Assembly (NCBI GenBank): GCA_025361065.1
Contig: JANYAY010000147.1
Coordinates: forward strand, 2,166 to 66,165
Direction of reading: 5' to 3'
From: Deltaproteobacteria bacterium
GTDB lineage: Bacteria; Desulfobacterota; Syntrophia; Syntrophales; Smithellaceae
DNA length: 64,000 bases
Shown: positions 28,210-38,984 of the stretch, piece by piece
Numbering within the stretch: position 1 is the first letter of the stretch
Layout of the letters: each line of letters opens with the position of its first letter
The notes under the pieces: generated by a model
Told to the model about the DNA's origin: nothing
The model's input: the letters and a program-made list of their open reading frames with translations, nothing else
Databases searched by the model: none
Position numbers and translations under genes: made by a program

Positions 28210-29786
28210 CGCGCCGCTGCCTCCAGCTCCGCCCGGACAATTCTGCTGAGGCTTAATGCCAGAACGGGAATAATAAGCAAAATGGCCATGGACTTGTCAT
28301 CCGCGAATAAATCCAGATTCATGTATGATTGCGAGGCAAAGAAAGCGCCCAGAATGCCCAGAGCTGACCAGAAAAGAAATTTGTCTTTCGCCTTCAGGGC
28401 GATCCGGATGTGGCGAAATATTCGCCATTGAAACCAGATAAAAAGAAACAGGCCGATAATGCCCAACTCGGCCAGCACAAGAAGGTATTTGTTGTGTACG
28501 GGCAGGGGAACCACATAAACCTGATTATCCGCCATTTCGACGGAAGCTATTTCCAGTCTCCCGTATCGATACATCCAGTCGCGGTGCCGTTCGATCGGCT
28601 TGAGCCAGACCACGTCCAGGCGGCTGGGCGGGTAAATTTGCATACTTGCACTGGCGAAGTTGCCGGGGCCTGCACCCAGCAAAGGGTTGGCTGCTGTAAG
28701 ATCAAAAGCAAGCTTCATCGCCCTTTTGCGTGAATCCGTCGCACCTTCATCGCCATAAATTATTCTGTTGATAATAGGACGCTGATAGACAAGCAGGATG
28801 GACAAAAAAACAACTACAGTGATGGAAAAAGCGACCCACTGTTTTTTACTGAAGGGAAGCGTTACCCCGATATAGACAAAAATAGAAAAAACCGCCAGCG
28901 CATAGGAAGCCCAGGCACTGCGGGAAAATGTCAGAATAACGGCAACCAGCGCAGTGGATATGACGGCGATGCCGAAAGCTTTCCAAATTTTATTTTTCAC
29001 TGATAAAAGGCCTAAAAGAGGCAGGACAAAAAAAGTTAAAAAACTCGCCTGCTGATTGACATGACCTAATGTTCCTGTCGCCCGGATATATTGTTCTCCT
29101 TCACTGCCGGAAAAAGTCATCAAACTTACTTTTAATTTCGCCGAAGCGGCGACAATCGTGCCGGTCGCATGCGCGAGCCCCACCAGAATGTCCTGAATAC
29201 CTACCGCCAGGGCAATGGCAATGACGATCAGCATAAATTCTTCGCGGGTCCTGATTGCCGAACTCAAAATCAGGACGAAAAGCAACATTTTAAAAGTATG
29301 GAATGTTGCCAAAGCCGAGATCAGCGAGGCGCCCTGCACAAAAAAAACAATTATTGCCCATAAGGTAAATATGGCCATGGGGGTCAGTGCCGCAGGCCAG
29401 AACCATGCTTTTTCCCCCGTATAGGCCGCTTCCAGCAGAAGCGCAATCAATAAGGCATACAAAGCAATATCCGATCCCGCAAGAATAACAGCGGGCGGAA
29501 AAAAACCGGGCAGCAGCGCCTGGCCAACAATAAATACTTTTTCCAGGCTGAGCGGATGAATCAATATCCAGGCAACAACCAGCAAAATGCGCTTATTGGG
29601 GCTCATAAAAAATATGGCAGTTCCGATGAAGCCGGCGGCAAGGGCAATTTGGAAAGAAGCGCGCAACTCAAAGGCAAAGACGATGCCCAAGCCGCACAAA
29701 ACCGACAGGCAACCGGGAACAAGGAAGCTTCGCGCCTTATCATGTTGCCAAGCCGTAGTCAGAATGCCGCTGGTCATATTCATCAA
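28206..29786 (-). CDS. O-antigen ligase/Wzy-like polymerase
   Basis: 526-aa polytopic protein with a Wzy_C-like segment LTFSRSAWASYALAV. Confidence 0.75.
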   Translation of the reverse strand: MMNMTSGILTTAWQHDKARSFLVPGCLSVLCGLGIVFAFELRASFQIALAAGFIGTAIFFMSPNKRILLVVAWILIHPLSLEKVFIVGQALLPGFFPPAVILAGSDIALYALLIALLLEAAYTGEKAWFWPAALTPMAIFTLWAIIVFFVQGASLISALATFHTFKMLLFVLILSSAIRTREEFMLIVIAIALAVGIQDILVGLAHATGTIVAASAKLKVSLMTFSGSEGEQYIRATGTLGHVNQQASFLTFFVLPLLGLLSVKNKIWKAFGIAVISTALVAVILTFSRSAWASYALAVFSIFVYIGVTLPFSKKQWVAFSITVVVFLSILLVYQRPIINRIIYGDEGATDSRKRAMKLAFDLTAANPLLGAGPGNFASASMQIYPPSRLDVVWLKPIERHRDWMYRYGRLEIASVEMADNQVYVVPLPVHNKYLLVLAELGIIGLFLFIWFQWRIFRHIRIALKAKDKFLFWSALGILGAFFASQSYMNLDLFADDKSMAILLIIPVLALSLSRIVRAELEAAAR

Positions 29787-31663
29787 CTTTTATAAAAATA
29801 GTAGGGGATGGGAAAGCGACGGAAATTTAAAATCGTTCCCAGTATATTGGCGCCGACCTGATTGAGCGCCATCACTGCATTTAAATAAGGTTCCCGCCTG
29901 CTTTCTCCAGATTTAACGACCATTATAACGCCATCCACCTCGGAGGCGAAGAGCGCCGCATCATTGGAAATCAGAATGCCGGTGGAATCAATGATAATGG
30001 TGTCGTATTGGGAACCGACATCATCGAAAGCCTGCCTTAAACTCTTGTGATAGAATCCCAGTGACATTCTGTCCTGAATCAAACCGGCCGAAATAAAATC
30101 GAGATTGGCGATTTCGGTGGGGCGGATAACATCCTTTGTATTTTTACCGGCGCCCAGAATCTCAATCAATCCTTCACTATCCAGGTGGTGAAGAATTCTT
30201 GATATTTCCCGTTTTTCAAAATCGCTGTCTATTAAAAGGATTCTGGCTCTTTTGTCGCGCGCCAGGGCGCAGGCCATCTGTAAAGAGGTGAAAGTCTTTC
30301 CTTCGTTATCCGATGTACTGGTAACCAGGATGAACCGGCACTTATCCCTGCCTATTAAATCCAGCTTGCCCAGCGTCTGAATCAGCGCCGGCGCCGATTG
30401 CCTCAGCGGCAGAGCTTTTAAGTTATTCAAATTCGCGCTGGAATCATCAATGGCGGCAATGCTGCCGATAACATTAATGCCTTGTAATCTTTCCATATCC
30501 CAGGGTGTATATAGGCGGCTGTCGATGGCGGAAAGAAATATTGTCAGGGCAAAACCGAGCAATGCACCGGCCACAAGACCGATTAAGCCCGCCAGTAAAT
30601 ATCTGCCGGCTATGATCAGATCTGATTTTTTAGGCGGAACGGCTTCTTCCACAATCGAAATGGGCACCAGCCGGTTTTTATAAAGCTGCACCGACATAAA
30701 CGCCTGCCTCTTTTTATCTTTATAAAGACTTAATAATGATTTTGCCGATTCCGTTGATTCATGAGAACTCAGGCGTGCGCGGGCTCTGGCCAATTCAACC
30801 TTTGCTTTAATAATTTCGGGCTCATTTTCTTTATATATTTGGCTTAAGCGCGCCACTTCTCTTTCCAGATCGGTGACCTGGCGGGCGGCGCTTTCCACCA
30901 TAGGATTGGTTCGGACATTTCTATTGTCGCTTTCCGGGACAGAGTCAATCATTTGCCCTGTCGATGTCAACTGCGCTTCCGCTTTCACCAGATATTCGTA
31001 AGCTCTCAGAGCTTCGGCTTCCGAAATAACATAATACTCGTCAATAAAACTCCGGCAGAGCTGATTGGCAATCAGGGCAACTTTCCCCGGATTGGGAGAT
31101 TTAACGGTTACTTCAATCAATTCATCGCTGTAGAGAAAATCGCCTCTCTCTTTTTGAAATATTTTAGTTTCGATAGTTTCCTTTAAATCATCAGCCAGTT
31201 GAATTATTTCCTCTTCAGAGGCGGCTTTACCGGAACTTTCCCGCCACCCGTTAAAGAGCCAGTAAAAAGGCCGCGTGAACTGATCAATCAGCACTTTATA
31301 GGCGGGTTTGGCAATGTCGGCGCCTTGCAATTTCAGGCTCTCCACAACGCGGCGGCTGACGGGTATGCTCTTCATAATCTCCGCATTGCTCTGACCGGAG
31401 ATAAGCTGCCTTTCCGCGGCTATATCACCGAAAAAAGAAGAAGATAATTTTTCATTTTTAATGAGTACTTTGGCCGATTCTTTATACGTCGGCGGCACCA
31501 TATAAGTGACCAGCAGGGCAATTACCGGCACCAGGATGGTGCAGGCCAAAAATATCCGGAAGCGGTAAAATAATTTTGACAGTATTTCCCGTGTCGATAT
31601 GTTCGTTTCGCTGTCAACGCTGGCAGCAACACTGCCCGGTATGTCCAAGCCGTTTTTTTTCAT
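29783..31663 (-). CDS. chain-length determinant / BY-type tyrosine autokinase (GumC/EpsG-like)
   Basis: Wzz-like N-terminus with 2 TM spans and a coiled coil. Walker A TSDNEGKT, LLIDSDF, and a C-terminal Tyr cluster PYYFYKS. Confidence 0.85.
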   Translation of the reverse strand: MKKNGLDIPGSVAASVDSETNISTREILSKLFYRFRIFLACTILVPVIALLVTYMVPPTYKESAKVLIKNEKLSSSFFGDIAAERQLISGQSNAEIMKSIPVSRRVVESLKLQGADIAKPAYKVLIDQFTRPFYWLFNGWRESSGKAASEEEIIQLADDLKETIETKIFQKERGDFLYSDELIEVTVKSPNPGKVALIANQLCRSFIDEYYVISEAEALRAYEYLVKAEAQLTSTGQMIDSVPESDNRNVRTNPMVESAARQVTDLEREVARLSQIYKENEPEIIKAKVELARARARLSSHESTESAKSLLSLYKDKKRQAFMSVQLYKNRLVPISIVEEAVPPKKSDLIIAGRYLLAGLIGLVAGALLGFALTIFLSAIDSRLYTPWDMERLQGINVIGSIAAIDDSSANLNNLKALPLRQSAPALIQTLGKLDLIGRDKCRFILVTSTSDNEGKTFTSLQMACALARDKRARILLIDSDFEKREISRILHHLDSEGLIEILGAGKNTKDVIRPTEIANLDFISAGLIQDRMSLGFYHKSLRQAFDDVGSQYDTIIIDSTGILISNDAALFASEVDGVIMVVKSGESRREPYLNAVMALNQVGANILGTILNFRRFPIPYYFYKS

Positions 31664-31665
31664 AA

Positions 31666-32841
31666 TTATCGCCTTTGCTTTTTATTATTTTTTCCCGAGG
31701 CTTCCACCCACCTTGCAATTGCGTTATCAATGCCATGAACAAATTGTGACCAGTCGTATTTGCGGGAATGCTCCCTGGCCTGTTCGCCCATTTTTTTTAA
31801 CATATCATGATTTTCCGGTAAAGACTTTAATGCGCGAGACCAGCATTCTGCATTGGGCGGCAGCAACCAGCCCGTTTTCCCATCAATGATGCTCTCCTGT
31901 GGCCCGCCGCTGTTATTGGCCATCACCGGTTTGCGCATCGCCATTGCCTCCAGAGGAACAATGCCCCAATCCTCATTGAGAGGCGGAAAAAGAATGGCTG
32001 AAGCACGGCTATAAAGGTCGCGCAACCCGGCGTCGGAAGGTGAAATAATGAAATTTATACGGTCCGTGCCGTAGGCCAGATTTTTTAATTTCCGCAAATA
32101 AGTCTCACTTTTGCGGTCAACAAATCCTGCGATAACCAGTTGCCACGGTTCGGGTAGACCGGCCTTCTGAAAGGCCAAGATGGCCAGCTCGATATTTTTT
32201 GTCCACGAGATTCTACCGGCAACCAAAAGCAGCGGCTCATAACTCACCTCGCCATCAAGAGCGCTCCAGTCAATGCCGGGGTAGCACATTTGCATTCCGG
32301 GGCCATCCTGATATAAACCGCCTTTAATAATACGGTCTTTTACTTCGGCGCTGGTCGTAATGACTCCGTCATAATGGCGCCACGCCATTCTATCGGCCAT
32401 CCGGAATAACGAACGGAAAATATAAAAAGCCACGCGGGACACACCGTGGCGCGCTGCCAGCACCTGCCTCTGATAAACCGGATCAAATGCCGCGCGTAAC
32501 GGCGTGCTGCAAATATTGAATGTCGGCAACCGATGATTGCGGAAAACGGCAAAATCTCCCAGACCTTCGCACCAGACAACAAAAGCGTCACAGCTGCTAA
32601 GCGGTATTTTTTGCGATATTATCTGCACAGCTGCCTTGAAAACTGCGCTGATACTGCGATCAACCGATAATTCATTCAGTGTTTTGATTTTGAATCTTCT
32701 TAATTCGGGAAATGTATGTTCCGGTTCGTAATGACCCGTATAGACATCCCATTCATGGCGACTGCGCGATAATAATTCCAGCATCGAGCGCTCAATGCCA
32801 CCATAAGTATAAAGCCAGGGATAATACAAGGCTATTTTCAT
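31666..32841 (-). CDS. glycosyltransferase family 4
   Basis: Motif PPLNEDWGIVPLEAMAMRKPV. Confidence 0.85.
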   Translation of the reverse strand: MKIALYYPWLYTYGGIERSMLELLSRSRHEWDVYTGHYEPEHTFPELRRFKIKTLNELSVDRSISAVFKAAVQIISQKIPLSSCDAFVVWCEGLGDFAVFRNHRLPTFNICSTPLRAAFDPVYQRQVLAARHGVSRVAFYIFRSLFRMADRMAWRHYDGVITTSAEVKDRIIKGGLYQDGPGMQMCYPGIDWSALDGEVSYEPLLLVAGRISWTKNIELAILAFQKAGLPEPWQLVIAGFVDRKSETYLRKLKNLAYGTDRINFIISPSDAGLRDLYSRASAILFPPLNEDWGIVPLEAMAMRKPVMANNSGGPQESIIDGKTGWLLPPNAECWSRALKSLPENHDMLKKMGEQAREHSRKYDWSQFVHGIDNAIARWVEASGKNNKKQRR

Positions 32842-33944
32842 TTTGTTTCTCTCTTTATTACTTCCTGATAAAATTCTTCTTGCTGCTTAGCTATATTATC
32901 CCAGCGGTATTTTCGTGCAGCCGTTTTTCCCCGCGTTCCCGCGTCACGGCATAAATCGGGATCAGACCAAAGCCCGCAAATTGCTTTGCCTAGAGCATCT
33001 TCATCGTAGGCCGGAATTAATGCGCCCCAATCCGGCCTTACCAGTTCATTGAGGTGATCGATATCAAAAGCCACAACAGGTTTTGCCGCAGCCATTGCTT
33101 CGAGTGCGGCAATGCCAAATGTTTCTTCCCGCGAAGGCATGACCAGAAAACGGCAGGACTGCAGCAGTGCATTTTTCCTCGCACCTTCAACGCGTCCGGC
33201 AAATGTAATCAAGCGGCCCAGGCCAGCTGCCGCAATACCTGTTTCGAGCCAATTCCGGTCAGGGCCAACACCGGCAAGAACAAGCGGTATCCCGGCGGGG
33301 CCGCACATTTTCACCCAGCAGTTCAGCAGGAAATCGAGCCCTTTCTGCTCTCTATCCAGACGTCCGAGATACAAAACAAAATCACCGGCCGACGTTGATT
33401 CCAGAAAGGCGCCGTCATCAACGCCGCAGGGAATTTTCCTGATTAAGGCATCCGGAATCAGACTTTGGAAAGTCTTTCCCATCGCTTCCGTCTGCACGAT
33501 GAAATAACGATAGCGGTGGCAAGAAGCGATCTTTTTCATCCAGCGGAAAAACGGCAGATGGTAACGGCGCTCCCAGAAATCGAAAAAATACCACTGGACA
33601 AGAGAAATCACGGGTTTTATTGTCCACAGCGGCAGCAGGCAGAATCCAACGGGCGGAGTAAATTCTTCAATAATCAGATCATGCGGCGTTTTTTTTATCT
33701 GTGGCCCCAGAGAGGCTAAAAAAGACAAATGCGGCGAGAGCCCCAGGGGCGGCAGATAAAAGCCGAGCCTTTGATAGGCAATGCCGCTGCGGATAACTGA
33801 TCGCTGACAGCCCGGATAAACCGACGTGTAAACAGTAATGTCATATTGGCGCGCTAATCTGGAATTGACCTCGCAAGTGCGGACCGGCTGGCCGCCGCGC
33901 AGTGGATTGTCCAGATCATCCGTATCAGCATGAATTATTTTCAA
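32838..33944 (-). CDS. glycosyltransferase family 4
   Basis: Motif MPSREETFGIAALEAMAAAKPVV. Confidence 0.8.
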   Translation of the reverse strand: MKIIHADTDDLDNPLRGGQPVRTCEVNSRLARQYDITVYTSVYPGCQRSVIRSGIAYQRLGFYLPPLGLSPHLSFLASLGPQIKKTPHDLIIEEFTPPVGFCLLPLWTIKPVISLVQWYFFDFWERRYHLPFFRWMKKIASCHRYRYFIVQTEAMGKTFQSLIPDALIRKIPCGVDDGAFLESTSAGDFVLYLGRLDREQKGLDFLLNCWVKMCGPAGIPLVLAGVGPDRNWLETGIAAAGLGRLITFAGRVEGARKNALLQSCRFLVMPSREETFGIAALEAMAAAKPVVAFDIDHLNELVRPDWGALIPAYDEDALGKAICGLWSDPDLCRDAGTRGKTAARKYRWDNIAKQQEEFYQEVIKRETK

Positions 33945-33949
33945 GACAA

Positions 33950-35368
33950 TTAAACTCCCGATCCTTTTAATACCGCCGGAATGGTTTTTAAGAGTATTTT
34001 GAAGTCGAGGGCTAATGACCAGTTATCAATATATTCACGATCCAGCTCCATCCATTTTTCAAAAGAGATGGAGTTCCGGCCGCTGACCTGCCAGATGCCG
34101 GTGATTCCGGGTTTCATGCGCAACCGGCGCAATGATGGCAGATCATAATGTTTTACTTCCTCTGGCAACGGCGGCCGCGGGCCGACCAGGCTCATGTCGC
34201 CCAGTAATACATTTAGTAACTGCGGCAGTTCATCAATGCTTGTTTTACGCAGGAACTGCCCGATTTTTGTAATGCGCGGATCAGCCTTGATTTTAAAAAC
34301 AGGCCCATCCATCTCATTATATTTCATCAAATCATCTTTCAGCCGTTCGGCATCCGCCACCATCGTGCGGAACTTATAGCAATTGAAAAGTCGGCCGTTA
34401 TAACCGACGCGTTGCTGTTTGAAGAAAGCAGGCCCGCGGGAGGTCGCTTTAATTAATAACATGATGATTATGAAGAGAGGCAGCAGAACAATCAGACCGG
34501 TTAAGGATACCGCAGCGTCAATCATTCTTTTGATAAGCAGAAGCCAGTTCATCTTAGGACTGGTAAAGAGATCGATAACCGATACATTCCCGTAAAAAGA
34601 TATCGTTGATTTGGAGAGTTGCATGCTGAAAATGTCCGTTGGTATCTTAACTTCAATGCCAATGATTTCACAGATGCTGATAATATCTTCAATTTTCTGA
34701 TAAAGTGATTTAATCGGCAAAAAAACAAAAACCTCATCAACCACATTTTTTCTTAAAATCATTTCCAGATTATTAATGTCGCCCAGGAATGGATATCTGG
34801 CAAAATCGCTGTGATAATTCCTATATTCATTATCGACGTCGACAAAGCCGACCACCCGGATGCCCAGATAGGGCGAGTTTTCAATTTCCTGGAGAATCTG
34901 TAATGATCTTTCGTTTCTGCCAAAAATCAAAATCTGCCGGTAATCATAACCGCGACTGCGGATGTATCTTAAAAAAAACTTCAAACAGTAGCGGAATATC
35001 AGGAGTAGGCAGGTTTCAACTATCAGGATATCAAAAATAAAAAAACGTTCCAAAACCTCACGGTCGGAGAGGATCGCGGCAATGGCCGCCAGAAGGACGC
35101 ATACCGTAACAGTTCTGATGATGTCAAAAGTCTCTCTCCAGAGTTTGATCATTCTTCTGGATGTGTATAAACGAAAACGGTTGGAGAAATAAATCCAGGC
35201 AAGGATATTTACAGCAAGAAAGATCTGACACCTTAAAGGCAGAGCAGTAAAGTCGAGGATTGTTGTATTGTAATATATATAGAATACAGCGCTGAGCGCG
35301 ATGACAATAATTACGAAATCGAGAAAACGATTGATGGATGACAATTCTCGGCGATGTTCTTTCAGCAT
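33950..35368 (-). CDS. polyprenyl-phosphate glycosyl-1-phosphate transferase (WbaP/EpsB-type initiating sugar transferase)
   Basis: Motif DELPQLLNVLLGDMSLVGPRP. First gene of the EPS operon. Confidence 0.9.
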   Translation of the reverse strand: MLKEHRRELSSINRFLDFVIIVIALSAVFYIYYNTTILDFTALPLRCQIFLAVNILAWIYFSNRFRLYTSRRMIKLWRETFDIIRTVTVCVLLAAIAAILSDREVLERFFIFDILIVETCLLLIFRYCLKFFLRYIRSRGYDYRQILIFGRNERSLQILQEIENSPYLGIRVVGFVDVDNEYRNYHSDFARYPFLGDINNLEMILRKNVVDEVFVFLPIKSLYQKIEDIISICEIIGIEVKIPTDIFSMQLSKSTISFYGNVSVIDLFTSPKMNWLLLIKRMIDAAVSLTGLIVLLPLFIIIMLLIKATSRGPAFFKQQRVGYNGRLFNCYKFRTMVADAERLKDDLMKYNEMDGPVFKIKADPRITKIGQFLRKTSIDELPQLLNVLLGDMSLVGPRPPLPEEVKHYDLPSLRRLRMKPGITGIWQVSGRNSISFEKWMELDREYIDNWSLALDFKILLKTIPAVLKGSGV

Positions 35369-35663
35369 CGTTTAAGTAATACTCCTTAAATATTCATCCC
35401 ATATTGACTAGTTACAATAATATAATTGCCGCCAATAAATCAAGTTGTGTTTTATATTCCTCAATCCACCACCAACTTTTAGATAAAAGGGTTTTTCTTA
35501 CTTTTGGGACTCATTCTATATATTCTTGGTCAGGCTATCCGCTTAATAATCCCACAATGTTCTCATATTGTCCCATATTTGCCCAAACTTCCCGTTATGC
35601 GCCCAAATCAAAATACACTTCCGCCTAAAAGTTAAAATATTGCCTCAAAAATCCATCAATCAG

Positions 35664-36141
35664 TCACTTTTCGTCCCGGGGCCTTAATCCGGTGCCTGGC
35701 TCCAGGTAAAGCTCAATGGACGGGTGTCTTTTCATCAACTGGATGATCAGGTCCCATGATCTCTCAACAATCCGGTGCGGAATGTTGATCAACAGAAATC
35801 AAATCACCTTCACACGCCGGGATGCCCAAGAACCTCCTAACACCGGCCGTTTCATGATGACATGGAAGTTCATCACCACAATCATGATCCACCGCCGGAC
35901 AGCATTCTTACCAAAATCCCTCGTTCTTCTGAACCTTGCCCAGATCCTCAACACAGTCCTCGCCCACTATGTTCAAAAGAATCAAGGATAATACCATCTG
36001 CGCATCTGTCCAGTCCCGCTGTTGCACCTGAAAATGACGCGCGATCATATCCGGCAAGCACAACGGTAGTCTCGCCAAACCCATCATCCCATTGTCCTGC
36101 TTCACTTCTTCGTCCTTGAAGCCCAGAACCCCTTGTGACAT
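35664..36141 (-). pseudogene. DDE transposase remnant (IS1380/IS4-like, internally deleted)
   Basis: A 77-aa N-terminal ORF (…DAQMVLSLILLNIVGEDCVEDL…) is followed by a stop and a frame change. A C-terminal-like piece follows (…FLLINIPHRIVERSWDLIIQL…). Total coding is far shorter than an intact transposase. Family assignment is from memory only. Confidence 0.4.
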
Positions 36142-36553
36142 AACCCCTTCACTTCGTTGATGATGATTATTTCAGCAAAAAACTCTATTACCCTGATTCT
36201 TCAGGATCAACGAGGTTCTCTATTTTTTGGTTGTGGATTAAGGTCAAGAATGCAGATGGGCAGTTTATATCCTGCAGCCGGGCTATGGACGAACTTTTCA
36301 TAGCCCTGATTTTCTAATTGTCTTCCAGTGCTTAATCTATAGATTCAATAATGGTCCCAAGGTTTTCAGGTCCACGGTCAGCAGTACATGCGGCGGCTTC
36401 AAAGACATGGAAGAAAAGACAGAGAGCCCCTGCTGATATAAAAACCACCCGGCGTAAGCGAACAGGCCAAGTCATTTCAACAAGCCCTCCTTCTTCCTTT
36501 ATTTTTTTGCGGGATAATGTAAATTTTAATAAATCGCTGCCATTTCTCTGCCA

Positions 36554-36757
36554 TCATTTTTTCCCGACAGTCGAAATATGCAAAGGAACGTAAAGCGGAC
36601 AGAAGCCAATCACGCTGGTCAAAATAAATACGACCGCCAGTATGCCCAGTATAATGGCTGCCGTACCGGAAATGTTGCCGGTTAGGTAAAGAATAGCGAC
36701 AACAATGGCCAACAAAATTCTAATAACCCTGTCAATAGTTCCCATGTTTTTTTTCAT
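36554..36757 (-). CDS. DUF2892 (YgaP-like) small membrane protein
   Basis: 67 aa with segments MGTIDRVIRILLAIVV and FCPLY. Confidence 0.7.
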   Translation of the reverse strand: MKKNMGTIDRVIRILLAIVVAILYLTGNISGTAAIILGILAVVFILTSVIGFCPLYVPLHISTVGKK

Positions 36758-36799
36758 AAAGATCTCCTTTCTGGTTGATGAAACAATAAAATTTGTAAG

Positions 36800-37267
36800 T
36801 CAGTTTCCGCCGAAAAATTTTAACCAGTTCAAATCGGCTTTTTTTATGTTACCGGGAATATCCCGACTCCATTTTTCATAAGCTGCCCTGCTGCAATTCA
36901 AGTATAGCTTCCCGTCAACAATCTTCCATTCTTCAGGATCGGTTTGGGCCCTCCGCGCCTCTGTCATAGCCCAGGCACAATAACCGTCGTATTGCGGAGC
37001 GTATTTCTCCGGACTGGCAGCATACAGATCCCTGTTCTCTTTGCTTACAAAATACCAAATCAGGCCATGCCACTGAAAGGTAAATAACTCACTGCCTTTT
37101 AGTGCCTGGCCCGTCCGGAAATATGCAACGGCATCGTACCCCTTTATGGCTACATTATCCATTTTGGACTCTCCGGCGGTTATGCCGCCAAACCCGGTTA
37201 ATAATAACAATACAAACGAGAAACAAATCAGAATTTTACCGGTTGCTTGACGCGATTTCATGTCCAT
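36800..37267 (-). CDS. YHS-domain-like secreted protein
   Basis: Signal peptide plus KGYDAVAYF and QYDGYCAWAM. Confidence 0.65.
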   Translation of the reverse strand: MDMKSRQATGKILICFSFVLLLLTGFGGITAGESKMDNVAIKGYDAVAYFRTGQALKGSELFTFQWHGLIWYFVSKENRDLYAASPEKYAPQYDGYCAWAMTEARRAQTDPEEWKIVDGKLYLNCSRAAYEKWSRDIPGNIKKADLNWLKFFGGN

Positions 37268-37323
37268 CTGCCTTCATATTTCTTCGGGCTTAAAATGTAA
37301 AAACATGATCCCTTCATGTCTCT

Positions 37324-38796
37324 CTATTTTGTTTCCACCTGAATCACGCCCTGATTCCCGGTTCGATGGTCCACGGCCACAATGGCGATTTTTTGATGTG
37401 GCTTCAATGAGCTTGCCAGTTGGATAAAACCATTTACACCGGCAACGGGTTGATCGTTGACGCCCATGATAATGTCGTTTATCTCGAAGCCCGCTTTTTG
37501 CAGGGGGCCTTTAAACTCCAGCCACTTAACAGCTACGGCGGCATCGGCTGGGAGACCGTATTTTTCGGCCTCCGTAGAAGTAAGTGGACGTATCTCCGCA
37601 CCCAGGCGTTCTCTGATACTCACAGCCAGGAATTTGGTTGCCTCCTGCAAGTTCACAATTTTTACAGTCACTTCTCGTTTCTTCCCATCCCGCATGATGT
37701 TCACCTTTGCTTCCGAACCTACAGGAGTCGTGGCAACGTCATTTTGAAATGTACCCGAATCAGGGATATCTTTCCCCTGATATCCCACCACCACATCATT
37801 TTTCTTCAAACCGGCCTTTTCGGCGGGTCCGTCTTTAACTACTTCAGCAATAAGGGCTCCCCGGAGAGATTCGACATGAGCCGTCTTCGCCAGTTCCGGG
37901 GTCAGATCCTGGATGCTGACTCCCAGCCATCCCCGCTCAACCTTTCCATGGGCAATGAGTGCACGGGAAACAAAGATGGCTATGTGGCTGGGAATGGCAA
38001 AACCAATCCCTTCAAAACCTCCTGATTCTGAAGCAATGGCCGCATTCACACCGATCACTTCCCCGCGCAGATTCAGCAATGGTCCTCCACTGTTTCCCGG
38101 ATTAATCGCTGCATCCGTTTGCAGAAAATCCTGATAGCTGCTGGGATCTGTGATTCCCCGCCGGTGCTTGGCGCTTATAATCCCATGAGTGACAGTCTGA
38201 TCCAACCCCTGAGGGTGGCCGATCGCCACTACCCACTCCCCAACCTCCACTTTATCGGAATCAGCGAAGGTTACATAAGGCAGAGGCTTCCTGGCGGATA
38301 TACGGATGACAGCCAGGTCTGTCTTGGGATCTATTCCCACCAGTTTAGCCGGGTAACGATCTCCGTTGGAAAGCAATACTTCAATTTTGGTTGCTCCTCC
38401 GGCAACATGGTAGTTGGTGAGAATATGCCCCTGCGCATCAATGATCATTCCACTTCCTAATCCTTTCCGTTCACGTTTGAACTTCTTGGGCATCTTCGGA
38501 ATATCGAAAAATTGCCGAAAGGAGGGATCGTTGGCGAAAGGCAAAAAAGGATTGGCCACTTCCTGCTTCTCGGTTACTTCGACGTGGGCCACAGCAGGGA
38601 TAGTCTGTTTGGCTACCCGCGTTATTGCTGTAGTTAAATCTACAGGCGCCGACTTTTGGGCTGCCACTACCTGTGGGGATAACAGCAAGGCGAACACTGC
38701 CATCCCAAGGATTGTTAAGCGGAGAATTAAGCGTTGGCAATTGCTAATCCACCTTTCTTCTCCGCCTTTTATTAAAAATTTAATTCTTTTCATCAT
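37324..38796 (-). CDS. htrA: DegP/HtrA periplasmic serine endoprotease (trypsin domain + 2 PDZ)
   Basis: Motifs TNYHV and GNSGGPLLN. The ATG at 38796 has an AAGGGAG RBS. Confidence 0.9.
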   Translation of the reverse strand: MMKRIKFLIKGGEERWISNCQRLILRLTILGMAVFALLLSPQVVAAQKSAPVDLTTAITRVAKQTIPAVAHVEVTEKQEVANPFLPFANDPSFRQFFDIPKMPKKFKRERKGLGSGMIIDAQGHILTNYHVAGGATKIEVLLSNGDRYPAKLVGIDPKTDLAVIRISARKPLPYVTFADSDKVEVGEWVVAIGHPQGLDQTVTHGIISAKHRRGITDPSSYQDFLQTDAAINPGNSGGPLLNLRGEVIGVNAAIASESGGFEGIGFAIPSHIAIFVSRALIAHGKVERGWLGVSIQDLTPELAKTAHVESLRGALIAEVVKDGPAEKAGLKKNDVVVGYQGKDIPDSGTFQNDVATTPVGSEAKVNIMRDGKKREVTVKIVNLQEATKFLAVSIRERLGAEIRPLTSTEAEKYGLPADAAVAVKWLEFKGPLQKAGFEINDIIMGVNDQPVAGVNGFIQLASSLKPHQKIAIVAVDHRTGNQGVIQVETK

Positions 38797-38984
38797 TGTT
38801 TCTCCCTTTTTGAATTTTTTAAAAAAACAGATCATCCACCTCAGGGAATCTGCTAATGAAAACATGAAAGATAATGGTTGACACCGGAGATATTTGCAAT
38901 GATGGCTTTATAGTAGCATAACAACAATATAAACCTACTATTGTAATTGATGTTTAAATTCCCTGATGGAAAAAGTGATGGTGG

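Noticed and set aside
36800-37267. Possible selenoprotein (this family has Sec-containing members)
   Set aside because: The ORF is uninterrupted, and the relevant position reads GYCAW with an ordinary Cys codon. There is no in-frame TGA.
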